From NCBI GenBank assembly GCA_963712275.1, contig CAVQHD010000001.1:320001-384000 (forward strand): DNA of 64,000 nt, given 5' to 3'. Both the position numbers and the translations under genes were made by a program. Of the stretch, positions 49,653 through 59,895 are shown piece by piece; position 1 is the first letter of the stretch; the number at the start of each line of letters is the position of its first letter. Under the pieces are notes generated by a model. It did no database searches. It saw only the letters and a list, made by a program, of their open reading frames with translations, and had not been told where the DNA came from. The DNA comes from an uncultured Rhabdochlamydiaceae bacterium (lineage in GTDB: Bacteria > Chlamydiota > Chlamydiia > Chlamydiales > Rhabdochlamydiaceae).

Positions 49653-50123
49653 ATGTCACGTCGACGACGCGCTACCAAGCGTACTATTGAGCCAGATCCG
49701 CTGTATAACAGCTGTCTTTTGGCAAAATTTATCAATAAAGTAATGATCAGCGGGAAGAAATCGACTGCCCGCAAGATCGTTTATAATGCGCTCGAAATAT
49801 TTGCTAAAAAAATTAAAGCCGAAGATCCTCTTCCCGCTTTTGAACAAGCGATTGAAAATGCAAAACCAACTCTGGAAGTGAAATCTCGACGGATTGGCGG
49901 TGCTACTTATCAAGTCCCCGTGGAAATTCCTGGCGACCGCCGCACATCGATGGCAATGAAATGGATTATTCATTTTGCCAATGAAAAAGTGGGTCGCTCA
50001 ATGACAGAAGGGCTTGCAGACGAACTAGTTGACAGTCACAACAATCAAGGTTCTGCCATTAAGAAGCGAGACGACACACATAAAATGGCAGAGGCTAACA
50101 AAGCTTTTGCTCACTACAAATAG
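49653..50123 (+). CDS. rpsG: 30S ribosomal protein S7
   Basis: SRRIGGATYQVP, HKMAEANKAFAHY. Confidence 0.99.
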   Translation: MSRRRRATKRTIEPDPLYNSCLLAKFINKVMISGKKSTARKIVYNALEIFAKKIKAEDPLPAFEQAIENAKPTLEVKSRRIGGATYQVPVEIPGDRRTSMAMKWIIHFANEKVGRSMTEGLADELVDSHNNQGSAIKKRDDTHKMAEANKAFAHYK

Positions 50124-50140
50124 TGGGAGAATAAGAACAC

Positions 50141-52240
50141 ATGAGCCATCAGCTTAGCAAACGTCCAGAAACCGATGCCCTAGCAAATGTACGTAATATC
50201 GGCATCATGGCACATATCGATGCCGGCAAAACCACAACAACGGAGCGCATTCTTTATTATTCAGGACGTGTTCACCGAATGGGTGAAGTGCATGAAGGGG
50301 CGGCAACGATGGACTTCATGGAACAGGAACGAGAGCGCGGAATCACGATCACCTCCGCTTCAACAACTGTCTATTGGGCTGGAAGTAAAATTAATATTAT
50401 CGACACTCCAGGCCACGTCGATTTCACGATTGAAGTCGAACGGTCCCTTCGTGTACTCGATGGTGCCGTTGCTGTCTTCGATGCAGTTGCAGGAGTTCAG
50501 CCTCAATCTGAAACCGTATGGCGGCAAGCGACAAAATACGGCGTTCCTAGGATTGCCTTTGTCAATAAAATGGATCGCGTCGGAGCTGACTACTTTATGG
50601 CTGTCAATTCGATGAAAGAAAAACTCGGCGCTAATGCACTCATCGTTCACTGCCCTATCGGGTCTGAGTCTGAGTTTAAAGGAATGGTGGATCTGATCAC
50701 GATGAAAGCCTACCTATTCCTCGATGAGACCTTAGGCGCTAAATATACCCTTGCAGATATTCCGGCCGATCTAATGAGTAAATGTGAAGAGCTCCGTCAG
50801 AAAATGCTTGAAGAGCTTGCGACCATCGATGAGTCAAATGAAGATTTTATGATGAAGGTTCTTGAGAATCCCAAAATCCTCACTGAAGCAGAGATTCATG
50901 CGGTGATTCGAAAGGGGGTGATCTCCAATAAAATCAACCCCGTTCTCTGCGGAACAGCCTTTAAAAATAAAGGGATTCAGCCTCTGCTAGATGCCGTTGT
51001 TAAGTGGATGCCTTCTCCTCTCGATCGTGGAAACATCAAAGGAATCAATATCAAGTCAGGAGAGCCAATGGAGCTTGTTCCTGATGACAACAGCCCTCTT
51101 GCAGCCCTTGCTTTTAAAATCATGTCGGATCCTTACGTCGGCCGCTTGACGTTTGTTCGAATTTATACAGGAACCCTTTCTAAAGGAACAACGCTCATCA
51201 ATACGACAAAAGATAAGCGCGAGCGCGTCTCCCGCCTTCTTGAAATGCATGCAAATCAAAGGAAAGATCGGGATGAATTTTTCACTGGCGATATTGCCGC
51301 TTGCATTGGCCTTAAATACACATCGACTGGAGATACCCTCTGTTCCGAAGATCATGAACTCCTTCTAGAGAAAATGATCTTTCCAGATCCTGTAATTTCT
51401 ATGGCAATTGAACCCAAGTCGAAAGCCGATCGAGAAAAGCTTGCCCAAGCTCTCTCCTCACTCTCTGAAGAAGATCCCACCTTTCGTGTCTCTACAAACG
51501 AAGAAACAGGGCAAACACTCATTGCAGGCATGGGTGAGCTTCACCTGGAAATTCTTCGAGATCGGATGTTCCGTGAGTTTTCAGTTGAAGCCAATGTTGG
51601 TAAACCTGAAGTTGCCTATAAAGAAACAGTCACAATCCCTGGAAAAGTTGAGACAAAATATGTCAAACAATCAGGGGGTCGAGGCCAGTATGCTCACGTT
51701 TGCCTAGAGATTGAGCCTAATGAAAAAGGAAAAGGCAATGTGATCGAAAATGAAATTGTTGGCGGTGTCATTCCAAAAGAATATATTCCTGCTGTCATTA
51801 AAGGGATCGAAGATGGGCTTGCCACAGGCGTTCTCGCAAACTACCCGCTTGTCGATGTCACAGTCCGGATCGTCTATGGATCGTATCATGAAGTGGACTC
51901 TAGCGAGATGGCCTTTAAAATTTGCGGTTCCATTTCTGTAAAAGAAGGCGCTCGCAAATGTCAACCCGTTCTCCTTGAGCCCATCATGAAAGTGGTTGTT
52001 ACAACCCCTGAGCAGTTCATGGGAGATGTGATTGGAGATGTCAACCGTCGTCGAGGACGGATCATGAACCAGACAATGAACAAAGGAGTGATCGAAGTCG
52101 AATCGGAAATCCCTCTTGGAGAAATGTTCGGCTATTCGACCCAACTCCGTTCGATTACCTCAGGCCGCGGCATTTATTCGATGGAGTTCGCACACTTCGC
52201 ACAAGCGCCGGCAAAAATTTTACAAGAGCTTAAAAAATAA
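50141..52240 (+). CDS. fusA: Elongation factor G
   Basis: [35 protein letters not shown]. Confidence 0.99.
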   Translation: MSHQLSKRPETDALANVRNIGIMAHIDAGKTTTTERILYYSGRVHRMGEVHEGAATMDFMEQERERGITITSASTTVYWAGSKINIIDTPGHVDFTIEVERSLRVLDGAVAVFDAVAGVQPQSETVWRQATKYGVPRIAFVNKMDRVGADYFMAVNSMKEKLGANALIVHCPIGSESEFKGMVDLITMKAYLFLDETLGAKYTLADIPADLMSKCEELRQKMLEELATIDESNEDFMMKVLENPKILTEAEIHAVIRKGVISNKINPVLCGTAFKNKGIQPLLDAVVKWMPSPLDRGNIKGINIKSGEPMELVPDDNSPLAALAFKIMSDPYVGRLTFVRIYTGTLSKGTTLINTTKDKRERVSRLLEMHANQRKDRDEFFTGDIAACIGLKYTSTGDTLCSEDHELLLEKMIFPDPVISMAIEPKSKADREKLAQALSSLSEEDPTFRVSTNEETGQTLIAGMGELHLEILRDRMFREFSVEANVGKPEVAYKETVTIPGKVETKYVKQSGGRGQYAHVCLEIEPNEKGKGNVIENEIVGGVIPKEYIPAVIKGIEDGLATGVLANYPLVDVTVRIVYGSYHEVDSSEMAFKICGSISVKEGARKCQPVLLEPIMKVVVTTPEQFMGDVIGDVNRRRGRIMNQTMNKGVIEVESEIPLGEMFGYSTQLRSITSGRGIYSMEFAHFAQAPAKILQELKK

Positions 52241-52252
52241 GGAAATAAACTC

Positions 52253-52570
52253 ATGGCAAAACAATCCCGTCAAAAAATTCGCATCCGTCTCAAGGGATAT
52301 GACCAACGGGTGCTGGATCGAGCGACTGCTGATATTGTGGAGATCGCAAAGCGGACAGGAGCCCGGACAGCTGGCCCTATCCCTCTTCCAACAGTCAAAC
52401 AAATTTATACAATTCACCGCTCCCCCCATGTCGATAGTAAATCGAGAGAACAGTTCGAACAGCGCACTCACATCCGTCTCCTTGATATTCTGAGCCCAAC
52501 CCCCGATACTATTGATAAACTAAAAGTGCTTCCTGTCGCTGCAGGAGTTGATATTAAAATCCGCGCTTAA
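52253..52570 (+). CDS. rpsJ: 30S ribosomal protein S10
   Basis: [31 protein letters not shown]. Confidence 0.99.
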   Translation: MAKQSRQKIRIRLKGYDQRVLDRATADIVEIAKRTGARTAGPIPLPTVKQIYTIHRSPHVDSKSREQFEQRTHIRLLDILSPTPDTIDKLKVLPVAAGVDIKIRA

Positions 52571-52656
52571 GAAGCTGTCTACGGATCTTAAGAGGATGTT
52601 TAAAAATAAAATTTTGATTAATGAAGTATTTATTATTAAATGTCCCTCTAAGGCAA

Positions 52657-52726
52657 GATCTATTTATCAAACAACAAGATCGACGATAAAGTTTTATCGT
52701 TGATCTTGTTGTTTGATAAATGGATC
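52657..52726 (+). repeat. 34-bp inverted repeat overlapping the start codon of the 976-aa gene
   Basis: 52657-52690 pairs with 52693-52726 with only two mismatches, both G-U on the + strand. Confidence 0.85.
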
Positions 52727-55650
52727 ATGAAAAAATTATTCACCTTAATGACCGACTGAGTCGACTCATTGAGAGACTGCCTCGCATGTTTGATAGTTCC
52801 ATTTTGAAAGATCGGGACCGGCTCTTAGCTTATTTTGATAACGACTTTATTCAAAAGCGTTCTTCTCGTCATCTTCTACGCATTTTACTCTCTCAGCATC
52901 TACAAAGAAAAAAACTTTTAAGCAACTATCCGCTAAAAATCAAAAGCCGCTCCGTCGAGTTTAGAATTATTCCAGGCAAGCTTCAATACCCGTTCACCTC
53001 TAAAAAAGTCCTTGGAATTATGATCCAAATCTCCATTTCCAATCGGTATGAATTATTTGACGAAGAGACTCTGCGGCGCAGTGTCGAGCGTATTCTTCCA
53101 CACCTTCACATGATTAAAGGCTCTCTTTACAAATTTCAGGGAAATAATGACACGATCAAAACATGTTATGCCGAGTTTGAAAAGACAGGCAACCAACCCA
53201 TCGGATTAACAGAGCTCTCTCTTTTAAAGCGTTCCCTAGGCAAGGAGCTTCTTGAAAGAACTGAAAGAGTGGTTCCCTGCATATTCAAAGTTCGAAATCA
53301 GGAGGAAGTGCTCCGTAATATCTTGACGCTCAGCCAAGAAATCGATCACCTTGGAGATCTTCCTCAAATCATGATCTCTTTTGAAACTCAAAACTCCGAA
53401 GAAGTGATTTTTACTGTGATCGGTGTTCGAGCAGAAGATTTGCTATCGGTTTCTTTTGACAACCTCATTAAGCAAGGTTCTTTCTCCTGCCGTTGGGTTT
53501 TAGAGAGAAAACAGCTCGTCCGGTATCTTCAGGACCACCAACCCATTGTCGCCTATTTGTTCCGCGTCCTTCTTGTTCCAGACGAGAGCATTTTAAGAAA
53601 CGACAGTTCGCTTAATTTTTTTGCAGCCAGACAAAAAATCACTTCGTCGTTAAAGGAAAGCATTGGAGACTATCGAGACTTTAATGGAGGGATTCTCATT
53701 AAGCAAGAAGAGATGCTCCTCGGGCTTCGCAACTCTTTTCCTCACGTTTCCCCTGAACAAATTGAAAATATTTTTTACTCTATTACCCCGATTGAAATGC
53801 AGACTATTCTTCCACGCTCAACTCTTCAGGCTCTCATTGATTTAGCCACACAAACATCTCTTTTAATTTTAAATGACGCTCATGATTACCACCTTGTCTC
53901 GAGCTCAAAACCACCTTTTACCACCATCCTTCTTCATGTCCCGATTGGCCCCCTCTATGAAAAAGCCAAAGACCATTTTCAAATTGTGAACCGCTCAGAA
54001 GAGATTCAAGCCTCCTTCTCTTTTGCAACAAAAGATTCTCATCTTTTTGGCTATCTCATTTCTTTAGAAGATAAAAAATTTTATGACCATTTTGTCGATT
54101 CTTTAACTCAGCTCCTCCTGCTTTGGACAGATGAAATTAAACAGCTTAAAACTCTTCGCCTCTCTCTAACCGATCCCATCAAATCATTGGATCCCCGTAT
54201 TGGAGGAGATGCTATTTCATCAATCCTCCTCAAAATGCTTTTCGAAGGACTCACTCGGATTAGCCCCGATGGAAAACTAGAGTTGTCCATTGCCGATCAT
54301 GTTGAAATCTCTGAAGATCAAAGGACATATCTTTTTCATCTCCGGCCTTCTTTCTGGTCAAATGGAGATCCTTTGACCAGTCAAGACTTTGAGTACGCTT
54401 GGAAAAAAATTCTCTCCCCCGATTTTAATGCCCCCTATACCTATCTCTTCTTTTGCATTGAAAATGCCGAGAGGGCAAAAAAAGGGCTTGCAACGATGCA
54501 AGATGTCGGAATTCATAGCATTAATGACCATCTCTTAAAAATTGAGCTCTCAACAATTTCTCCCCATTTTCTAGAACTGCTCACCCTCCCGATCTTTTCT
54601 CCTATCCACCGATTTCACGACGTCAACATCCCTAATTGGCCCTTTGAAGAAAGGCACCGATATGTTTGCAATGGAGCTTTTAAAATAGAAAAGACCGATA
54701 AAGATAGCGGCCATATTTTCATCAAAAATCCTCTCTATTTGGAAAAAGATGCAATTAAACTCGATCGCGTCGTCATTGCTCATGCTCACCCTTCGCAAAG
54801 CTATGAGCTGTTTCTACAAAATCAAATTCACTGGTTAGGAGCTCCTTTCGGCACGTGGGATAATCATTACAAGGCAGGGCCTCTTGATATTATGATGACT
54901 CATCAAGATAACGGCCTTTTTTGGGCCGTTTGCCAAACAGAACATCCTCTTCTCAAAAACAAAAAAATTAGAAAAGCGCTCAGTTTGGCAATTGACCGCC
55001 AGGCTCTTTTGCATACCATCGGGTATCTTAACGCCCCTGCTTTTTCACCCCTTCCCCCTATTCATAGCCAAATTTCCGACGATCCTTACCCTTTTTCCCC
55101 TGAAAGAGCCAAAGAGCTTTGGAATGAAGGAATTGCCGAACTAGGTTTATCGATGGCAGATCTCTCTCCATTGGAAATTACGTTTGCAAGGCCATCCTTC
55201 ATTACAAAGCAAACAGCTGATTTTATGCGCCGTGCTTGGGAGGAGACTTTTCATCTTCGCTGCCGCTCTCGAGGAGTTGATTTTGAAGCGCTTTTTAAAA
55301 AATTTTCTTATAAAGATTTTCAACTAAGCCTTATTCGATGGCAACCCTGGGTTAATGACCCTTTTTACACATTGAATTGTTTTACAAGTCATGAGAGTCC
55401 GTTTAACTTCTGTCAGCTGTTGGGGCCTCAATTGATTGAACTTATTAAGACAGCCCAAATGGAGAAAGATAATGCCAAGCGAAAAGCCTTTGTAAAACAA
55501 CTTGAAGAAGCTCTTGTAGATGAAATTCCCATCATTCCTCTCTTCAAAACGTACTACCAATCGATGCGAAAGAAAAACCTAATGCTTGAACCCAATCACA
55601 CGTTGATGGACTTCAAATGGGCTCGCTTTGAACAGGATATAGGAAACTAG
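52720..55650 (+). CDS. Family 5 (OppA-like) solute-binding domain fused to an unrecognised ~477-aa N-terminal region; no signal peptide
   Basis: SLDPR...LFEGLTR, WSNGDPLTSQDFEYAW, CNGAF, IRKALSLAIDR from about 54150 onward. Confidence 0.82.
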   Translation: MDHEKIIHLNDRLSRLIERLPRMFDSSILKDRDRLLAYFDNDFIQKRSSRHLLRILLSQHLQRKKLLSNYPLKIKSRSVEFRIIPGKLQYPFTSKKVLGIMIQISISNRYELFDEETLRRSVERILPHLHMIKGSLYKFQGNNDTIKTCYAEFEKTGNQPIGLTELSLLKRSLGKELLERTERVVPCIFKVRNQEEVLRNILTLSQEIDHLGDLPQIMISFETQNSEEVIFTVIGVRAEDLLSVSFDNLIKQGSFSCRWVLERKQLVRYLQDHQPIVAYLFRVLLVPDESILRNDSSLNFFAARQKITSSLKESIGDYRDFNGGILIKQEEMLLGLRNSFPHVSPEQIENIFYSITPIEMQTILPRSTLQALIDLATQTSLLILNDAHDYHLVSSSKPPFTTILLHVPIGPLYEKAKDHFQIVNRSEEIQASFSFATKDSHLFGYLISLEDKKFYDHFVDSLTQLLLLWTDEIKQLKTLRLSLTDPIKSLDPRIGGDAISSILLKMLFEGLTRISPDGKLELSIADHVEISEDQRTYLFHLRPSFWSNGDPLTSQDFEYAWKKILSPDFNAPYTYLFFCIENAERAKKGLATMQDVGIHSINDHLLKIELSTISPHFLELLTLPIFSPIHRFHDVNIPNWPFEERHRYVCNGAFKIEKTDKDSGHIFIKNPLYLEKDAIKLDRVVIAHAHPSQSYELFLQNQIHWLGAPFGTWDNHYKAGPLDIMMTHQDNGLFWAVCQTEHPLLKNKKIRKALSLAIDRQALLHTIGYLNAPAFSPLPPIHSQISDDPYPFSPERAKELWNEGIAELGLSMADLSPLEITFARPSFITKQTADFMRRAWEETFHLRCRSRGVDFEALFKKFSYKDFQLSLIRWQPWVNDPFYTLNCFTSHESPFNFCQLLGPQLIELIKTAQMEKDNAKRKAFVKQLEEALVDEIPIIPLFKTYYQSMRKKNLMLEPNHTLMDFKWARFEQDIGN

Positions 55651-55828
55651 AACAAACATTTGAAACCTCTGCTCACTTGTGCTTATTTCCATTTCTTCAC
55701 CACCGAGGCACAGAGAAGGATGAGATTGCACAGAGTAAAAAAGAAATGCTTCGCTCTGTGCAATCTCATCCCTCTCCGTGCCTCGGTGGTGAAGAAATGC
55801 AAATAAGTGCGAGTGAGCAGAAGTTTCA
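55633..55828. repeat. Family B palindromic element, copy 2, overlapping the last codons of the 976-aa gene
   Basis: Core ATTTCTTCACCACCGAGGCAC...GATGAGATTGCACAGAG and its complement; outer stem TGAAAC(55661)...GTTTCA(55828). Confidence 0.9.
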
Positions 55829-55901
55829 TGTGTCCTGTCGCTTTGAAGAGCAGCTCTATCAATAAAACTTTACTCTTTGGTATATTGGTTTAAGTTCTAA
55901 A

Positions 55902-57524
55902 GTGGAGGGGTGTGTGAAACGGTTATTTTTATTCTTTAGCTTGATGACTCTCTGTGGCTGTTACTTTTCGTCGACACCTAAAAATACCCATCCGCCTCAA
56001 GTTCTTCGTACATCTCTCAGCTCCGAAATTGCCTCTTTAGATCCTCGAAAAGGGATTGATATGTCAAGTCAAGGGGTTGTTCGAATGCTGTTCACAGGCC
56101 TAGTTCGTTTAGACGATCAGATGGTCCCTCAGCTTGAGTTAGCTAAATCGTATCAAATCTCCAGTGATTATAAAACATACCTTTTCACCCTCAAAGACGT
56201 CCTGTGGTCTGATGGTTCTCCTATTACAGCCCACGACTTTGAAAAAACTTGGAAGGCAGCCCTTTTTCCTGGTTATTCTTCAGCTAATACCAATCTTTTC
56301 TCTTTCATTAAAAATGGCAAAAAAGCGACGTTGGGAGAGATCCCCGCCGATCAGCTAGGCGTTAAAGCCCTTGATGATAAAACGTTATTGATAGAACTAG
56401 AAGATCCTAACCCCCATTTTCTGAATGTTTTAATCAACTCCATTTTCTCTCCTGTACATGAAAGTATGTACAATACTCCGCCTCGATCCGACCATTTAAT
56501 CTGCTCAGGCCCTTTTTGCCTAAAAGAGCACGCTTTTCAAAATCAAATAACCCTCGTGCGAAATCCCCATTACTGGAACGCTTCCAATGTAAAGTTAGAC
56601 GAGCTCCATTTCTACATCATTAAAGATCCCCAAACCGCTTTACTCATGTTCGAAAAACAGCAGCTCGATTGGCTGGGCGAGCCGCTCACTAGAATTTCTA
56701 CGGATGCAATTCCTGCTTTGAAAGAAAAAGGACTGCTCACCTTTTTCTCAGCAGCGGGCGGTCAATGGCTCTTTTTAAATACTGCTAAATTTCCATTGAA
56801 TAACCCCCAGATTCGGAAAGCTTTATCCTATGCGATCGACAGACAGAAAATCTTGCGAAACCTCATGCATTTAGACGACTCAAATCTTGCTCTTGGATTG
56901 ATCCCTCGCATCTTGAAAAAAGATCACTGGCATCCATGGTTCCAAGATAACGATGTTCAGCAAGCGCAAGCCTGTTTTGCACAAGGCCTCAAAGAGCTCA
57001 ATACCACCGTTGATCAACTGCCTAAACTCACGATGATCTATCCGGCAAATAATACATGGGCAAAAATATTGGAGGCAATCCAGCAAATGTGGGAACAAAA
57101 TCTAGGGATTAAGATTCAACTGGAAGCGTCGGATGGCGCTGTTTATTTTCAAAAATGTTTTTCTAATCAATATGAAATCGCGCGGCTGGGGTGGGTTATA
57201 CAATACAATGATCCAGTTAATTTGCTTGAAATTTTCAAATATAAGGACAAAAAACCCAATCACACTGGCTGGGAAAATCCTGAGTTTATTCGTCATGCCG
57301 ATGCATCGTTTGCCGCAACTTCAGAACTTGAGCGGTGGGAACATATCGAAGCTGCCGAGAAGATTTTCTCCGATGAAATGCCCTCAATTCCTCTGACAGA
57401 TATCGTTGCTTGTTATTTACAGCAGCCCTATGTCAAGGGAGTCACCGTCAATTCTCTATACCATATTGATTTTCACTATGCTTGGCTTGAGAAAGAGCAA
57501 GCTGCCGCACCTCCTGCGCGTTGA
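55902..57524 (+). CDS. oppA: Oligopeptide ABC transporter substrate-binding lipoprotein (OppA-like)
   Basis: Lipobox-like TLCGC; SLDPR, WSDGSPITAHDF, CSGPF, IRKALSYAIDR; start may be GTG 55902 or 55914. Confidence 0.85.
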   Translation: MEGCVKRLFLFFSLMTLCGCYFSSTPKNTHPPQVLRTSLSSEIASLDPRKGIDMSSQGVVRMLFTGLVRLDDQMVPQLELAKSYQISSDYKTYLFTLKDVLWSDGSPITAHDFEKTWKAALFPGYSSANTNLFSFIKNGKKATLGEIPADQLGVKALDDKTLLIELEDPNPHFLNVLINSIFSPVHESMYNTPPRSDHLICSGPFCLKEHAFQNQITLVRNPHYWNASNVKLDELHFYIIKDPQTALLMFEKQQLDWLGEPLTRISTDAIPALKEKGLLTFFSAAGGQWLFLNTAKFPLNNPQIRKALSYAIDRQKILRNLMHLDDSNLALGLIPRILKKDHWHPWFQDNDVQQAQACFAQGLKELNTTVDQLPKLTMIYPANNTWAKILEAIQQMWEQNLGIKIQLEASDGAVYFQKCFSNQYEIARLGWVIQYNDPVNLLEIFKYKDKKPNHTGWENPEFIRHADASFAATSELERWEHIEAAEKIFSDEMPSIPLTDIVACYLQQPYVKGVTVNSLYHIDFHYAWLEKEQAAAPPAR

Positions 57525-58401
57525 AAGAAGAACGGACAAAGGGACCTGAATAGATCTGAGGAATCCCAATGGAATAGCCATATTCTTCATACTGACGAAA
57601 TTTCTCCGGCGCCACAAACGATTTGACGAGTAAGTTATTTCGACTTGCTTGAAGATAGTGGCCAATCGTAACAATATGGCATCCAGCATTTTTCAAATCT
57701 CGAAGTGTTTCAAAAATCTCTTCCTCTGCCTCGCCAAGCCCTACCATCAACCCTGACTTGACAAATTGCACTTTGCCCGATTCTCTAGCATGCCTAAGAA
57801 CGTGAACTGTTCGGTCATAGGTTGCTTTATGCCGAACTCGAGGAGTCAAAGCCCGCACTGTCTCAATATTGTGGTTGAAAACTTCAGGATGGTGGCTAAG
57901 GACAACATCTAAGGCATTCAAATTTCCATTGAAATCAGACGTGAGCACTTCAATCGTACACCCTTCATTCCTCACTCGAATCGCCTTGATGATTTCTCCG
58001 ATATGGCAGGCCCCCCCATCTGGAAGATCATCCCTGGCAACCATCGTAATCACGACATGCTTAAGCCCAAGCTCGCGAACCGAAAGCGCAATCCTTTCAG
58101 GTTCGTCTGCCTCAGGAGGAAGCGGCTGTTTCGTAAAGTCGATATCACAAAAACCACAGCTTCTTGTACATGCTTTCCCTAAAGCAAGAAACGTCGCTGT
58201 CTTATGAGAAAAGCAGTGGAGCCGATTAGGACACTTAGCTTCTGCGCAAACAGTATTTAAACGGTATTTTTTTACGATCGCATCCGTTTGAAAAAATTCA
58301 CCCCCTGCAGGAATTTTTCGATGAAGCCATGAGGGAAATCTCCCTCCGCGTCCCTCGGGGTTTTCGGGAAGCCGATTTAAAACTTTTAACTTTTCACTCA
58401 T
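57448..58401 (-). CDS. lipA: Lipoyl synthase
   Basis: CAEAKCPNRLHC auxiliary cluster motif, CTRSCGFC radical SAM motif, FNHNIET, GPFVRSS. Confidence 0.96.
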   Translation of the reverse strand: MSEKLKVLNRLPENPEGRGGRFPSWLHRKIPAGGEFFQTDAIVKKYRLNTVCAEAKCPNRLHCFSHKTATFLALGKACTRSCGFCDIDFTKQPLPPEADEPERIALSVRELGLKHVVITMVARDDLPDGGACHIGEIIKAIRVRNEGCTIEVLTSDFNGNLNALDVVLSHHPEVFNHNIETVRALTPRVRHKATYDRTVHVLRHARESGKVQFVKSGLMVGLGEAEEEIFETLRDLKNAGCHIVTIGHYLQASRNNLLVKSFVAPEKFRQYEEYGYSIGIPQIYSGPFVRSSFNAQEVRQLALSQAKHSENQYGIEN

Positions 58402-59801
58402 CGGCGCACTTTTGGAGGAAAATGAATCGGGGTATTTTGAGCCATCAGAGTCGCTTCAAGCCATGCTTCAGGAAGCGTTGGGTGCGCATGAATCGTCTCC
58501 GCCAAACAATCTGCGGTGAGCTCATTTGCAATTGCAAGGGCCATCTCGGCAATTAAAGAAGCCGCCTCATGACCCACCACTTGCGCTCCCAGAATTTGAC
58601 CTGTTTTCTGATCGATCACTACTTGAGCAAACCCCTCCGTTTCCATCATAGCCACCGATTTTCCAAGCGCTTGAAAAGGAAATTTCCCCACTGCCGCAGA
58701 GAACCCTTTGTCGGTTGCTTGTTCCAGCGTCATTCCAACCGTTGCAATTTCAGGAAGGGTAAAAATAACTGCAGGAACCGCCTCATAGTGCATGACCATC
58801 GACCCTCCCGTCGCATTCACAGCAGCAACAATCCCTTGATGAGAAGCGACATGGGCAAGCATCACAAGACCCGTCACATCCCCAATGGCATAAATGCCTG
58901 GAACCGTCGTCTCCATCTTTTCATTGACGATGATAGCCCCTTTTTCCGTCGTCATAACTCCCGCCATTTCAAGGCCTAATTCTTTCGAAACCACTTTGCG
59001 GCCAACCGCAACTAAAACACTATCTGCATTGACAGAAGGTTTATCTTTAAGGCGAATTGTTACGCCATTTTTCTCACGATCGACCCCTTCTACCATCACT
59101 CCCGTTTGAACTTCAATGCCCTTCTTTTTAAACGCAGCCGTCAGCGCCTCTGAAACACCTTTCCCCTGCGCCATCACAAGAGAGGGCAATGCTTCTAAAA
59201 CAATAACCTTAGATCCAAGCTCTGCGTAGAGCGATGCAAACTCACATCCAATATACCCTCCTCCAATGACAGCAAGGGTTTTAGGAACTGTTTTGAGCTC
59301 TAAAATCGACGTCGAATTAAACACCTTCTCATGATCGCATGGGAACTGCGCAACATCCATCGATTCAGAACCCGATGCAATGATCACCTTCTCTCCCTGC
59401 ACCAAGAGGTTGTCAGTTCCCTTCACCTTCAGCTCAAAAGGAGCGGTAAAAGAAGCCTGCCCCCGAAGAATTTCAATCCCATTGGATCGAATAAGCCCTT
59501 CTAATCCTTTCCGAATCTGTGCAATAACGGCATCTTTTCTCGCCTTCATCTTCCCAAAGTCGATCGTGACGGGACCAGTATGAATTCCAAAATCGGCTGC
59601 ATGGCGAACCATTTGCAAAACATGGGCATTTGAAATTAACGTTTTTGTCGGAATGCACCCAACGTTTAGACAAGTCCCCCCTAAATCGCCTTTCTCAATC
59701 AAGGCAACTTTTTTTCCAACTTGAGCCGCTTTAATTGCCGCAACATAGCCCCCTGGACCCGCTCCAATCACAACCACATCGTACTGTTTTTTCTCTGCCA
59801 T
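58398..59801 (-). CDS. lpdA: Dihydrolipoyl dehydrogenase
   Basis: GAGPGGY, GGTCLNVGCIP, HAHPTLPE; likely ATG at 59801. Confidence 0.96.
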   Translation of the reverse strand: MAEKKQYDVVVIGAGPGGYVAAIKAAQVGKKVALIEKGDLGGTCLNVGCIPTKTLISNAHVLQMVRHAADFGIHTGPVTIDFGKMKARKDAVIAQIRKGLEGLIRSNGIEILRGQASFTAPFELKVKGTDNLLVQGEKVIIASGSESMDVAQFPCDHEKVFNSTSILELKTVPKTLAVIGGGYIGCEFASLYAELGSKVIVLEALPSLVMAQGKGVSEALTAAFKKKGIEVQTGVMVEGVDREKNGVTIRLKDKPSVNADSVLVAVGRKVVSKELGLEMAGVMTTEKGAIIVNEKMETTVPGIYAIGDVTGLVMLAHVASHQGIVAAVNATGGSMVMHYEAVPAVIFTLPEIATVGMTLEQATDKGFSAAVGKFPFQALGKSVAMMETEGFAQVVIDQKTGQILGAQVVGHEAASLIAEMALAIANELTADCLAETIHAHPTLPEAWLEATLMAQNTPIHFPPKVRR

Positions 59802-59895
59802 ATCCACCTTCTGAAATCCTAGTCTAGCAAACGATGAGGTAAAAAAACACTCAAAGCTGATAGGATAAGAAGTGATGCCTATGGATGGAGAACTC

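Noticed and set aside
49185..52570. tuf missing between fusA and rpsJ
   Set aside because: This is the usual chlamydial gene order; useful for taxonomy, not novel
19804..55828. Palindromic repeats as a CRISPR array
   Set aside because: Copies are dispersed, with no regular repeat-spacer pattern and no cas genes
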